Assembly: GCF_009914755.1 (NCBI RefSeq)
Contig: NC_060940.1
DNA length: 64,000 nucleotides
Source: the human T2T-CHM13v2.0 reference genome, Homo sapiens
Reading direction: 5' to 3' (one strand)
In this document: in pieces, positions 1 through 19,194 of the stretch
Numbering within the stretch: position 1 is the stretch's first letter
Layout of the letters: each line of letters opens with the position of its first letter
Program-made: the position numbers and the translations under genes
The notes under the pieces: generated by a model
What the model was told of the DNA's origin: nothing
The model's database searches: none
What the model saw: only the letters and a program-made list of their open reading frames with translations

Positions 1-335
1 AGTGGATTAAAAAGCTAAATGTAAAATCTAAATCTATAAAATTTCTAGAAGAAAACATAGAATAAAATTTTTATGACCATGATTTAGGCAAAGATTTATT
101 AGTTAGAACATGAAAAGCATCATCCATAAAAGAGAGAATGGATAAGTTGGACTTCATCAACATTTTACACTTCTGCTCCTCAAAAGACACTGTTAACATA
201 TTAAAAGGCAAGCCACGTTTTAAAAATGCAAGCCACTGGGATAAAAGTATTTGCAAAATACATATCTGATAAAGGATTTACATCTGGAATATATTTTTAA
301 AACTCTCAAAGCCCAATAATGAAACAATAATACAA
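1..335 (+). mobile_element. Old L1M fragment (3' part of ORF2); resumes at about 4485
   Basis: Degenerate L1 phrases (ctagaagaaaacatag, aaaaggcaagccac, catatctgataaagg); collinear continuation after the inserted elements. Confidence 0.75.
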
Positions 336-404
336 TTTTTATCTAATGTTATGTTATTTTATGTCTCTGGAGCTCTATGTTCATTTACATGTTTTAGATT
401 TTTT

Positions 405-760
405 TTAACAAGTTCGACTTTTATTTTAGATTCAGGGGGTATATGTGCAAGTTTGTTACATGGGTATCTTGTTTAATGCTGAGGTTTAGGGTACAGCTGA
501 TCCCGTCACCAAGGTAGTAAGCATAGTACCCAATAGTTTTTCAACACTCACCTTCCTCCCTCCCCCACCCAGTAGTCCCCAGTGTTTATTGTTGCCATCT
601 TTATGTCCATGACTACCCAATGTTTAGTTCTTACATATGAGTGAGAACATGTGGTATTTGGTCTTCTGTTCCTGCATTAATTTGCTTAGAGTAATGGCCT
701 TCAGCCACATCCACGTTGTTGCAAAGGACATGATTTCATTCTTTTTTATGGCTGTGTAGG
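405..760 (-). mobile_element. L1PA/L1PB-type 3' end fragment, antisense
   Basis: ttttagattcagggggtatatgtgcaagtttgttacatggg ... gagtgagaacatgtggtatttg ... gcaaaggacatgatttcattc. Confidence 0.85.
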
Positions 761-851
761 TTTTTTTAAAATAAGCCTCAGTTTCTAGTTATTGTTGTTT
801 CTACTTGCTCAAACAACTTATGAGGGTTCTATCTAAGAATAACATTTATCC

Positions 852-4456
<3,605 letters not shown>

Positions 4457-4484
4457 AAGAATAACATTTATCCTCAAAATAGGT

Positions 4485-5500
4485 AAGTACACAATTATTA
4501 AAATGGGAAAAGATTTGCATGGACACTTCCCCAAGGAGGACATACAGATAGCACATAAACACATTAGGATGACTGACATCATTAGTTATCAGGAAAATGT
4601 AACTTAAAAGTACCTTGAGATAGCACTGCACACCTATTAGAATAGCTAAAATAAACCTTAAAAGGTGAGTGAGAACAAGTACTGGTGAGAATAGGAAGTA
4701 ACTTTTATTTTATTTTATTTTATTTTATTATTTTTAGTAGAGATGGGGTTTCACTGTTTTGACCAGGCTAGTCTCAAACTCCTGGCCACAGGTGATCCAC
4801 CCACCTCTACCTCCCAAAGTGCTGGGATTACAGGGGTGAGCCACTGTGCCCAGCACTGGTACAACCCATTTTGGAAAACAAATTGGTAGTTTCTTGTAAA
4901 ATTAAATACAGATTTACTGTATCACTAAGCAACTTCCCTACTAGGTGTTTACCAGAACAATGAAAACTTACATTCACACACACACAAATAAAAAACATAT
5001 GCACAAACGTTTCTAGTAGTTTTATTCACAGTTGCCAAAAATGGTAACAAATCAAATGTCCTGCAATTGGTTAATAGGTTTTAAAAATCACTGTACATCT
5101 GTACAATGGGCTACTCAGTGATAAAAAGAAATCAGAGGTGTGATTACACAGATGACTCCTACACAAAGGCAGGATAGTGAGTAACAGAGGCCAGACACAT
5201 AATCTTACGAGTACATCTAGACTACTTAATTCCATTTAAAAGATATTCTGAAAAAGGCAAAACTATAGGTACTGAAAAGAGATGAGTGGTTGTCAGGGGC
5301 TGAGGGTAGCAGGAGAAGTTGACTACAAAGGGACAAGAAAAAAATTAGGGAGGGGGGATTGTGGAAATGTTCTATATCCCGATTATGTTGGTGAGTACAC
5401 AACTGCACGTTTATCAAAACTCACTAAACTGTGTACGAAAAGGGTACCATACCCAAGTTACGTCTCAATAACCTTAACCAAAAAAGTAAACAAATAAAAT
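4485..5500 (+). mobile_element. Old L1M (MC/ME-type) ORF2 end and 3'UTR, interrupted by an antisense Alu left-arm monomer (about 4705-4855)
   Basis: aaatgggaaaagatttgcatggacacttc, cacacctattagaatagctaaaat, gaaatgttctatatc; Alu reverse-complement cctcccaaagtgctgggattacag. Confidence 0.8.
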
Positions 5501-5504
5501 ATTT

Positions 5505-5648
5505 TGCTGAAGCCCTGAACCCAGCTACACCTGAAGTGAAATTTACTCTTGGAGTTTTCAGCTGTATAAGCTAATACATTCTCTCTTTCCTTAACCACTT
5601 GAGTTGGATTTTCTGTTGCTTGTCACTAAAAGAGACCCAACTGTTACA
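5505..5648 (+). mobile_element. Old MaLR/ERVL LTR 3' fragment (MLT1J-L or LTR16-like)
   Basis: cccagctacacctgaag ... ttgagttggattttctgttgcttgtcactaaaagagacccaactgttaca resembles an LTR terminus. Confidence 0.55.
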
Positions 5649-5915
5649 CGGGCTCGGTTTACCCAATGTTATAGGCCAGCATCTAGATTTAATGAGGATA
5701 AATGGTCTCCCTACAGTTTAAACTTCTCAGAAACCAGAGTTTGTAGTTAGGAATAGCAACGGTATGATATATGCACACGTTATCCCTCCTCTTTGGCCCA
5801 TGATACTCAATGATCACAACATCCTTCAGAGTAAATTCAGCTTCAGAGATCTTCTTATCAAGACAGTGTACTTTCTCTCATTACTACTTCACTGAAATCA
5901 TTACTTCTCTCTTCC

Positions 5916-6809
5916 TGTAGCAGGTAGACTCTAAGATGTCCCCCGATCATCCTCTCCTCTTCACCTTCGTATCTTTGCATGGTTCCTTTTTTTTTGGTAT
6001 GGACAGGACCTGTGACCTACTTCTAATCAATAGAATATGTCAACAATGATGGGCTGTCACTTCTATAATTAAGTTATGTAAGATTGTAACTTCCAGCCGG
6101 GCACAGTGCCTCACGCTTGTAATCCCAGCACTTTGGGAGGCCAGGGCGGGTGGATCATGAGGTCAGGAGATGGAGACCATCCTGGCTAACACGATGAAAC
6201 CCTGTCTCTACTAAAAATACAAAAATAAAATTAGCTGGGCGTGGTGGCGGGCCCCTGTATTCCCAGCTACTTGGGAGGCTGAGGCAGGAGAATGGCATGA
6301 ACCCAGGAAGTGGAGCTTGCACTCCACTTGCCGAGATTGGGCCACTGCACTCCAGCCTGGGCGACAGAGCAAGACTCCGTCTCCAGAGGAAAAAAAAAAG
6401 ATTGTAACTTCCATCTTGCTAGCAGACTCTATTGTCTTCTTGGCTTGCATGGTTTGATGAAGCAAGCTGACATACTAGAGAGGCCTCCATGCCAAGGAAC
6501 TGAGGGTAGCCTCTAGACAACAGCCAGCTAAGAACTGAGGGCCTCAGTACAACAACCCTTGAGGAACTGAACCCTACTAACAGCCATGGGAACTTGGAAG
6601 GGAGTTCATCCCCAGTAGAACCTTCAAATTAAACCTCAGCCAGGTTGACAACCTTAATTGCAGCCTTATCCAAAGACTCTTGACACAGAACACCTAACTA
6701 AATTGTGCCTACATTTTTGATCATGGAAATTGTGAGACAACAAATGTGTTTTGTGTTAAGCTGATAAGTTTGGGTGTGATTATCGTGTAGCAACAGATAA
6801 CTAATACAC
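5916..6809 (+). mobile_element. MLT1 (E/F-like) MaLR solo LTR interrupted by an AluY
   Basis: TG...CA ends (tgtagcagg ... gataactaataca); internal aggaactgagg, cagccagc, gaggaactgaa motifs. Confidence 0.8.
6095..6397 (+). mobile_element. AluY-like element
   Basis: Y diagnostics (gagaccatcctggctaacac, gaatggcatgaacc, gagcttgca); TSD AAGATTGTAACTTCC at 6080 and 6398. Confidence 0.92.
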
Positions 6810-7471
6810 ATCCCCATCATAAACAATTCCAAAAGATGTAGGTAACTATGCACCTCACAGAGAGAATGTTTCATGGTGTTTTCTTGACTGTACACTTATC
6901 TGACAATGATTAAATCTCACTCTGCTAACCTCCCTGCAGCCTCTAAGTTTTGCCCTAATTAACTGTGGACTGATTTTCTCAAATGAAAGCAAGTCATCTT
7001 CAAGCACATTTTCTTTTCTTTCTGCTTATTTTTTGATACCCTAATAAAGCAAGCTAATCTTGGAAGCTAAGTGGATAATTCTCATCTTATAGATTAAAAT
7101 TAATTGAGTTGCAGGGAGAGATAAAAGCTTGTCCTTTTATTTGGATGTTCTGGCAAGTTGTACCAGGAATGCCATGGTAACCAAAACTACATTACAGAAT
7201 TTTTTCTCTTAATCCCACTGTTTAGGTAGAAAAATTTCCATCTCTATTTTCCCTCTTTTAGAAAATTATAAATAAAAAGAAACTGAGTTAGCTGGGATGG
7301 AAAAGTAAAGCTGGTTTTTGCCTAATCATCCTCATTACTTCACACACCACAGCTCTTTCCTCTGGCTACTTCTTCACATTAAGCATTTGGCTAATGGCTT
7401 CTGTTTCATGTAGAAGAGCATTTATTGCTCTGGTATTTCCCTTTAACACTTCAGCTGGGGATATCATAGAG

Positions 7472-7690
7472 CAGAGATTTGCAACCACAACCCATGGGCC
7501 AAATCTGGCCCACCACATATTTTATAAATAAAATTTTATTAAAACACAGTCACATCCATTCATTTGCACGCTGTCTATGGCTGCTTTCAGACTGTAATGG
7601 GAGAGTTGAGTGGTGGTAACAGACAGATGGCCAACAAAACCCAGAATAATTTACTATCAGGCCTTTTGCAGAAAGCATTTGCTGACCCTT
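7472..7690. mobile_element. MER58A-like hAT MITE
   Basis: gggccaaatctggcc ... aaataaaattttatt ... gtctatggctgcttt ... tttactatc ... tttgctgaccct. Confidence 0.85.
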
Positions 7691-8179
7691 ATCATTAAAA
7701 AAAAATTTGAGAAGCTTCAGAGAGTGAACATCCTTTGGCTACAGGGCATTGCAAGGAACATGAACAGGGATCAGGAGAAGTATATTCTAGGTCTAGCCCT
7801 ATATAACCCTGCATTAGTCAGTTCTCTGTGCTTCCGTTTACCCATCAAAATTTCAGTAAGTGGACTAGATCAAGTTTCTTCTGGTTTTGAGTAATATATC
7901 AACTCAAACAACCTGGGGTATTTTGTTCATGTGAATAGCCCAACTATTTTCATCTGAAATCTTATTATTTTGTTTTTCTTTTCTTGGTTTACCGTGCTAG
8001 ACAGCTTAAACATGATATTACCAACTTAGAGTCTAAATTCACCATGTCTTCAAAGAAAATAAGAACTAATTCCTATTTGATTGGGCTTTGAGACTAAATG
8101 GGACATTACCATTTAGTACAAATGAACCAGAAGAAAGAAGGGAGTTTGTGTAGAGTAACTTTAATTATCACAATCATCA

Positions 8180-8420
8180 TCGTCACATATATTGCACGTA
8201 AGATGTTCCAGGTACTGTTCTAAGTGCTTTAAATATTTTAATTCCTTTATACTCTCACAAAAACCTTATGAAATAGGTACTATTATTAATCCCATTTTAC
8301 AGATAGGGAAGCTGAGGTACAGAGATGTTAAGTAACTTATCCAAGGTCAAGAAGCTGGTAAGTAGCAGAGCCGGGATTCAAACCCCATGCAGTCTGGCTC
8401 CAGAGTCCTTTCTATTAACT
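8180..8420. mobile_element. MIR SINE
   Basis: Core cccattttacagatagggaagctgaggtacagaga..aagtaacttatccaaggtca. Confidence 0.85.
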
Positions 8421-11334
8421 GACATCCCATATAAAAGAAAGAACATTCCTAGCCTTGACAACATGTCTTCAGCAAAAGCAAAAGAAAGAGAACAGTTTCT
8501 CCATCTGCCCCACCCCTTCCAGTCTAAAACAGTATTCCCCAGGTCTATGGGCAGGAGAGCAGATGAGAAAGAGATCCAAGAGTTAGGAATTATGGCTGAA
8601 CTAAAAGCAACTTCCCTTAGATTTTTGTTTCTTGAGCTCAGACTTCCATCTGCTGGGGGCAGTTTTCACATACCCCAGAGCTGTGTAGCCTACAGACGGT
8701 CTCAGTCAAGACACTCCATCAGCTGTCTATCCAGCAATTGTCCATCTATGTCCAAAATTTTGCTCAGTCTGTCTGAACCAAATGTAGAAACAGTCCCTGG
8801 ACATTTAAAGGGTAGAAGTGGGGGAGGAAGCCTCTGAACTGTATTTCTGAAAGGCTGAATGGAGACAGTTTGAGGGCACACTCTTCCAAGTTGGGCCACG
8901 GGTCTATGCAAGCCAGAACCTCAGCAAAAATGAGAATTTACTGAAGAATACTGAGGAACACAAGAAACTCGGGTCCTGAGTTGAATTACAAGTTTTGGGG
9001 ACTTTAGCGGCAGGAATGCATTCTTACAATATTCAGTGAGCATCTACTGTGTACTGAGCACTGTGTGAACACCGGAAATCCTGAGATGACTAATACTTTT
9101 ATAATTCCCTAAATAGCAATGCTCCCTCACCCCTAAGCCTTTGCATAGCCTTGTCTCTCTTCCTGGAGTTCCTTCCCCTGACTCCTTCATCTGGCCAAAT
9201 CCTCACAGTCATGACATTGCTGGGCCTTGCCTCCTCCAGGGGGGCCACGTTGAGGCTGGAATTGTGAACACTTGGTAGCCTTATGTTCTTTCATGAGTTA
9301 TAGTTTCTCCTTAGCTCAGGCTTTTCAATGGTAAAATGGGAATCCTCACAGATGCATCTAAGGTCATTTGGAAGACTAAACGAAAGCATTATGTAAGGTT
9401 TTACCTCAGTGCCTCGTTCTTTAATTGCTCCCACATTGTCTTGAGATCTCCCTTCCAGACCAGGGGCTGTGTCTAATTCATTTCTGTATCCACAGATCCT
9501 ATCACAGGGTCTGACGCTTAATACATGTTTGATGAAGGAAGAGAGGGAGAGATGCTACTCTTGACTCAAAGTTTTCCCAGTATAAAGGGAAAGACGGATA
9601 TGTACACAAAGAATGAGAGCCCAGTATGAAAAATGCTATAAAAGAAACATTAAAAAGAGCCTCACAGAATCAAAGAAGAAAGGGCCATCGAGGCTGGTGA
9701 TCTTGAGAAATACTTCGCAAAGGTAATAGCTGGTTGAGGACTAAGAGCTTGCCAAGCATAGCAGCAGGCAGATTAGAGCATTCTAGGCAAGGAGAATTGT
9801 ACACTTCATTCCCAAGCACAAGGATTAAATTCTTACAGGGAATGGTAGGTTGGAACAAAAATAAGTGAAAGAGATAGAATAAGGAATATATATCCTTAAC
9901 ATAAAAATGAGTTACAAGGACAAAGATAATGTATGTAAATGTGTGACTATTTTACCTTTAGTAAATAACAGAGAAAAAAGTGGAGAACAAAAAGAGGCCA
10001 TCAGTGATTTTTATATGTCTTAAATTAGCAGCAATCAGTACTATACAACCCATTTTCTATTTACTGCCTCAAGACGGCAGGAAATTTTTCAGGCTCTCCC
10101 TCTGCTTCATCTGCAATAAGAAGCTCACAAATTTGTTTTGCTTTGTTGCAAATAACATGTATGCTGAGAGGCATTTTTCCTCTCTATAACTGTACAGCCA
10201 TCTAAATGGGTCTTTTCTGGTTTTACAACTTGAATATGTTAACATGCACCCCTCAGGGTCCCCCTTGTATCCCAGAAACAGCACGCTTGTAAAACCTTAT
10301 TCATGTGATATCCTTAATAGCTGCTGACATTTATTAAGTGTTTAAGATGTGCCAGGCATGGTGCTAAGTGTCTTAGAACTCTTCCAGCCTGTAATCCCCG
10401 AGCCTCCCTGTGAAAATACAAGCATCTTAAGAATGCCCCCTACTCTGGCATTTACCTTCAGATGACCGATGAGGAAAGTGAGGATCAGAAACATGAACTT
10501 ATCCTAGGCCAGCCCACTAGCAAGTGATGGAGGCAGCATTTGGACTCAGGGCTGCCTGATTCCAGACAAAAAGCCTCCAACCATAAAGCTATGCTGCCAA
10601 TTCCACTTGGCCCGGGTGAGTAGCTCTGTCTCCAGTCTCCTCAATACTCAGATTCTAGAGCCTTAGCTGTCCAGGTGATAACTTCAGGCCGGTTAATACC
10701 TGGGGCACTCAGCACCTGTGACACACAGAGTTCAGGAACCTCCTCCTATAGACAGGGGTTTCAGTGCCAAAGCTCTCTCAGGCATCAGTTTGTTTTCCGC
10801 CTCCAAGGCTCATTGCAGAAATATCTGCTTCTGCTTCACTATCCTCCTTACCACTCTTTTCCACTCAAAACCTCCAATTTCCTCTTCTCCAATTACCCCC
10901 AACAGAGGGGGCTCACATTTACCTAGAACCAAAATTCCTCTTCTTCCAAGAAAATGTTCAGTGCCTTTGTTATTTTACAACATGGACATTCATGTCTGCT
11001 GTGGCCTAAGAGAAGCAGAGTTGCAATAATCTCTGGGTGGTGTCATGTAGTTGACCCTCTTAATAACAGCATTTTTAAGCAGTTACTGTGTCTGAACTGT
11101 GCTTAGTGCTTTGTTGGCATTAGCACCTGGAACTCTCCCAACTACTGTAGGCTGTAGGTATTCTTAGAGCCCCATCTTACAGGTGAGGAAACTAAGGCAC
11201 AGTCATACAGCAAGCAAAAGGCAAGGAGTGAAAAGTAGCAGAGTAATTGGAGAATACGAATAAAACAATGCTATTCTCCCCTGCAAGTCGGTGCTGAGCA
11301 GATAGCCTCTACTTGAGCAGGTCTTCAAAACATG

Positions 11335-11955
11335 AGCCAGCCTTGGGGAAACAGGCACTCTCGTTTATTGCTAGTGGAATCGCAAAAGGCTACTATCACC
11401 ATGGAGGATAATTTGGCAACATCTATCAGAATTACATATGCATGAAAAGTTGACCCAGAAATTCCATTTCTAGAAATTTATCCTAAATATATGTAAAAGT
11501 ATATGCACGTGCCTCATGCAAGTACAAGTTTATTCCTTACAATGTGTTTGGCCTAAGAAATAGTTGGAAAAAATCCAATGTCCCTCTATAGCAGATTGGT
11601 TAAATAAAGTATGGTACAACCTACAACAGGTAGTATGGGGCTGGAAATAAAGAATGAGGGAGCTCTCTATGTGCTGATTTGGAATAATCTCCAGGATATA
11701 TTGGAAAATAAGAAACAAAAGCAAAAGACCCACGGCTCAAAACTGTGTGAAATGAGTCAAAATTAGTATTTGCTGATATATACAAAGAAACCCTGAACAG
11801 GTACATAAAAATGATCATGACGTCAGTGATTACTTCTGGGGACGGAGCACTGTAGGCCAAAAAAGACAGAGAAAGAAGGAAGGGTTTTCGCTGTATTTTT
11901 TTTTTTTTACTTTTTACTTTTTGAGCCATATGAATGTATTATCTATATTCCAAAA
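11335..11955 (+). mobile_element. Old L1ME-type 3' fragment
   Basis: ggcactctc..ttgctagtgg, ttgacccagaaattccatttctagaaatttatcct, ggttaaataaagtatggtaca. Confidence 0.7.
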
Positions 11956-11960
11956 ATATA

Positions 11961-12298
11961 GACCAGGTGCAGTGGCTCATGCCTTGTAATCCCAACACTT
12001 TAGGAGGCCAAGGCAGGAGGGTTGCTTCAGGCCAGGAGTTTGAGACCAGCCTGGGCAATAGAGCAAGACCCCATCTCTACAAAAAAAATTAAAAACTAGC
12101 CAGTCATGGTGGTATGTGTCTGTCGTCCTAGCTACTCAGGAGGCTGAGGTGGGAGAATTGCTTGAGCTCAAGAGTTCGAGGCTGCAGTAAGTGATAATTG
12201 CACCACTAAACTCCTGCCTGGATCACGAGCAAGACCCTGGCTCTTTTAAATGAATGAATGAATGAATGAATGAATGAATGAATGAATGAATGAATGAA
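11961..12298 (+). mobile_element. AluJ-like element whose tail is (TGAA)12 at 12251-12298
   Basis: Alu dimer (gaggctgcagt, gcaagaccc) followed by a perfect tetranucleotide run. Confidence 0.9.
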
Positions 12299-13552
12299 AA
12301 TGTGTTCACAAAAGGAAGTCATCCTGAGTTTCACCAATTAAAAAAAGGTATCCAGAGATCAGATATTTCTACATCAGATTTTACACCTCTCCCAATCACA
12401 ACACCCATTCTTAAGTGGAAAATTAGAGCTAGATCCTCTAAAAAATTTTAGCAAAGGGAACATGGTTAAATTCCTATTTTGTACATCAGATGCTTTTAAG
12501 TAGCTTTACAACCCCCTCCAAATGCTGATATTACTGAAATGTAAATGATTATGTTAATAGCAGCTGCATCTTAATAATTGATGATCTGTTTGCTTAACAT
12601 TCAGTTATTACTTGATGTAAGAAGTCTCTAGTGCAAAATATTCTCTGCTAATGGCCCAAATAAAATTGATCACGTGAGGTGAATGGTTTGTTTTTCACTT
12701 TTCCTATTCAAACACCACCGTGTGTGCTGAGTTCTTTATCTGTAGATAAGAATATTTCAGAATATGTACCTGTGACAATGCTTTTGGCCCACAGATGAAA
12801 ACTGTCTGTTAGGAAAATAATGCTTGCATCCTCAAATAAAATGGAAAAGCCTATCACCACTTAACTCATAAAAGTTTCAACCCTTAGGATTATTCACAGA
12901 ATGGTCAAATCAGAAGTTGAGAAAACACCATTTAGATAAGAAATATGGAGAGAAGTTTCCACAGGCATCCAAAGGGATGGTTTATGCATTCCGAGATGCT
13001 ATCCAGGTGTTTCAGTCCTGAAGTTCTTCTCTGAACCTCTGTCTCCCCACATACATCTGCAAGGCCACCCTTAGACCTGAGCAACAGGGGCTCCTGTCCT
13101 GGGCCACTCAGTCACCTGGGACCTGGACCTAGCCCTGACAAAACGCATTGATTACTCCAAACACCCACCCTAATACATAACACCATTCAGGCCCCAGAGA
13201 AGCACTGCCTCCCAGATCTTGATCTCTGTCCTCAAAACAAAAGGCAACTGTGCCCAAACACCTTGAAGGTTCATGTGCAGTACTACAGCCTAAAGGAGAG
13301 ATGGGTACTGCTCTGGTGTGCAGGGGTCACAAAAGCACTTAGGAAAGAAAAGGACAAATTAACTTGTCAAATATTTCCTCTCAAATAGAGTGGGTAATAG
13401 ATTCTTGCAGAGCAGAACATAATTTCCCCATAGTGCTGACTGCCTGTTTCTTGCTTCTCTTTGTGTTCTAATTTGTGGTTCTAGAATCAGTATGGCATTT
13501 TTGACAGTTGCATATTACGGCCACGGAAAATGTTGCAGTAGAAAGAATTCAT

Positions 13553-13841
13553 GGCCAGGTGCGGTGGCTCACACCTGTAATCCCAGCAATTTGGGAGGCC
13601 GAGGCTGGAGGATTGTTTGAGCCCAGGAGTTCAAGAACAGTTTGGGCAACATGATGAAATTCCATCTCTACAAAAATGCAAAAATTAACCAGGCGTGGTG
13701 GTGCACACCTGTAGTCTCAGCTACTCAGGAGGCTAAGGCAGAAGGATTGATAGAGCTCAGAGGGTCAAGGCTGCAACGAGCCATGATTGTGCCACTGCAC
13801 TTCAGCCTTGGCAACAGAATGATGCCCTGTTTCAAAAAAAA
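13553..13841 (+). mobile_element. AluJ-like element
   Basis: ggccaggtgcggtggctcacacctgtaatcccagc ... tcaaggctgca ... A tail. Confidence 0.9.
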
Positions 13842-13844
13842 TGT

Positions 13845-14640
<796 letters not shown>

Positions 14641-14879
14641 TCTTTTTTCTTTTATTCATCCAAACATTGCCAGCCAGTCCACCAACAGAATATCCAAAAA
14701 TAACAGGGGTTTAATTGAGTGGTGTTTGATATTGTGTCAACTTCCAGTAACATTAGAGCTAAACCTTAGCTCTATTGTATGTTTTAATCTTATCATTATG
14801 GAGTTTTGCCAAGGTAAGAGGATATGACATATATTGGTTTATGCTTAAATGTGTAAACATACAGTACACAAGCCTCCAT

Positions 14880-15216
<337 letters not shown>

Positions 15217-15269
15217 TAAATGAGTAAATTGCATGGTATGTGAATTACATCGCAATGCTGTAGGAAAAA

Positions 15270-16330
15270 AGAGAGAGAGAGAAAGAAACAAACATCCGCA
15301 GGAGAAGCAAGGATAATCAAATGATTTTGTCTTTGTCGTAGGTCGGTGGGCCGCCCAACTTTGTCCTTGGCCTGATTCCCCGCTGGCTGTCTGCCTCCTG
15401 ATGTCAGAACTCCCCACCCTGCGAAGAGGGGAAAAAACTCCACTCTAACCTCACCACAATTTAACAGAAAATTAAACTGAAATATGTGTGTGAGCATTAA
15501 ACCTAGCCCAGCACATCATCTCCCGCAGATTAAAAAGAGCCAGCGAAAATGAAATATTGTTCTCTAAGCTAATATGTAATCTTCATAGACACCATCTTAT
15601 TAAAGTTTGAGAAGCCATGCCTTGAGGGTAAGCCCACCTATCGATTTACGGGCCTGGCTGGAATTCCTGCTATTAGGTCTCTCATATTTGTTTTGCTCCC
15701 TGTCTTGATGCCAGCACTGTCTACCTCCACCTCCCCACTCCCAAAGCTGGCCCCCTGTAACTCTCTAAAATCTCCCTCCTTGGACTAGGGGTGGGGACCA
15801 CTTTCCCTGCCAACGTCAGGCCTGTGCGTATTAACGGGGCCGTGCGCTTGGATTTGATGGAAGTGGCAGCTTAGACACATGAGCTCCTCATATACAGATG
15901 AATAATCACAGATAAAAACTACTTTCAAATATGATTAGGCTCTAACAGAGACAGACAGAGGCCAGAGGGAACGCAGCTCTCAAAGAGCAAGGAGCTACCG
16001 GCATCCGAAGCCCAGAATAGGAGATTAAGGCCTCTACAAGAACCCCTGGGACTTTCCTAGGGAAAATATTACAGTGATTCGCAGCATCCTCTGCTCCTCC
16101 TCTCTTTCCTCGGGACACCGTCTCCCCGTCCTGAAGCTTTGTGCTATTTCTTTCCGTGGGCTGTCATTTGCCTCTGGGAACAGGACAGCTCTTCCCGCTG
16201 TGACTTCTCGACTCTTTAATCCAGGCCGCCTGTCACGGAAACGCACGTGGAAATCCAGCAGGGTTTTTATTTACCATGCTTTCTTCTCACAGATGATAAC
16301 ATGTTTCTTTACTGACAGGCGTGCTTGTTG
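15270..16330. promoter_or_regulatory. Candidate enhancer or weak promoter (repeat-free, CpG-retaining)
   Basis: 12 CpG in 16080-16321; kB site GGGACTTTCC 16048-16057; E-box CACGTG 16244-16249; ETS core GGAAGT 15859-15864. Confidence 0.45.
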
Positions 16331-16359
16331 CCTGTGTCCCCACTGTATCCCAACCCCAT

Positions 16360-17150
16360 GATAACAGCTAAAACACGAGAACTATGTACCAGCTACTTCA
16401 AGCCCTTTCAAAATATTAGCTTAGTAAAACTTCATCATAATGATATGAGCTACAAACTATCATTATCCCATTTTACAGATGGGGAAATTAAGCCACAGAG
16501 AGGGTAAGGAATTTGCCCAGTGCCACACAGCTAGGGAGTAGCAAAGTCGGGATTTGAACCCAGACATCCTGGCACTAGGAGGCCCAATCCTTAACCATGA
16601 AGCCATAGAGTCTCTCAATAATGACTATGTCTCGTATGTCAACTACATGTTAGGCCCTGTTCTAAGAGATTTGTTGCATTAACACATTGAATCCTCTCAA
16701 AAAGTTGATGAGGTAGATATATTTATTATCCCCATTTCACAGATGAGGATACTGAGGCTCCCCCAGAAGAGCAGGAATTTTGTATTGTCTGCCTCTATTC
16801 TGTTTCTGGACTGATGAATAGCAGTTCCTTAAATACCAGAGTGAATGTCCTCCCATCAACCACTACCCTTTTCCCAGGAGCTTCTCAGGACATTTATTTA
16901 TAGCTAACCTATTTTGGGAAAAGATTTGAGGCATGTAGGGTTCTAATTCTGGCTCTGTCACTTATGAGCTGTGTGACTTTGGGCAAGTCACTCAACCTCT
17001 CTGGGCCTCACTTTGCTCAGTTTAGACCAGGGATAATAATAAAGCCCACATCAAGGAGCTGGAGTGAGGATTCAATGAGATAGAGCAGGTAAGGTGTTTA
17101 GCATCTGTGTGGCACAGAACAGGTATAAATGCTGGCTGCCTTTACTGTTA
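16360..17150. mobile_element. Cluster of three MIR fragments in both orientations
   Basis: cccattttacagatggggaaatt, cccatttcacagatgagga, gctgtgtgactttgggcaagtcactcaacctctctg. Confidence 0.8.
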
Positions 17151-17269
17151 CTACTGTCAGAGCTATTGTTTACCACTGCTACAGGTCAAAATGAGTTTTA
17201 AAGGGGTGAAAAAATACAATAAGGGGAAATAAGGGAACTAAGTTCTTGAAATTCTTTCTGAACTGGTGC

Positions 17270-19160
<1,891 letters not shown>

Positions 19161-19194
19161 CAAAATTAAGATGAAACCAGGAATAATGCCCCTA

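Noticed and set aside
8325-8837. 170-aa ATG-initiated ORF
   Set aside because: Starts inside a MIR; no recognisable domain or supporting gene structure.
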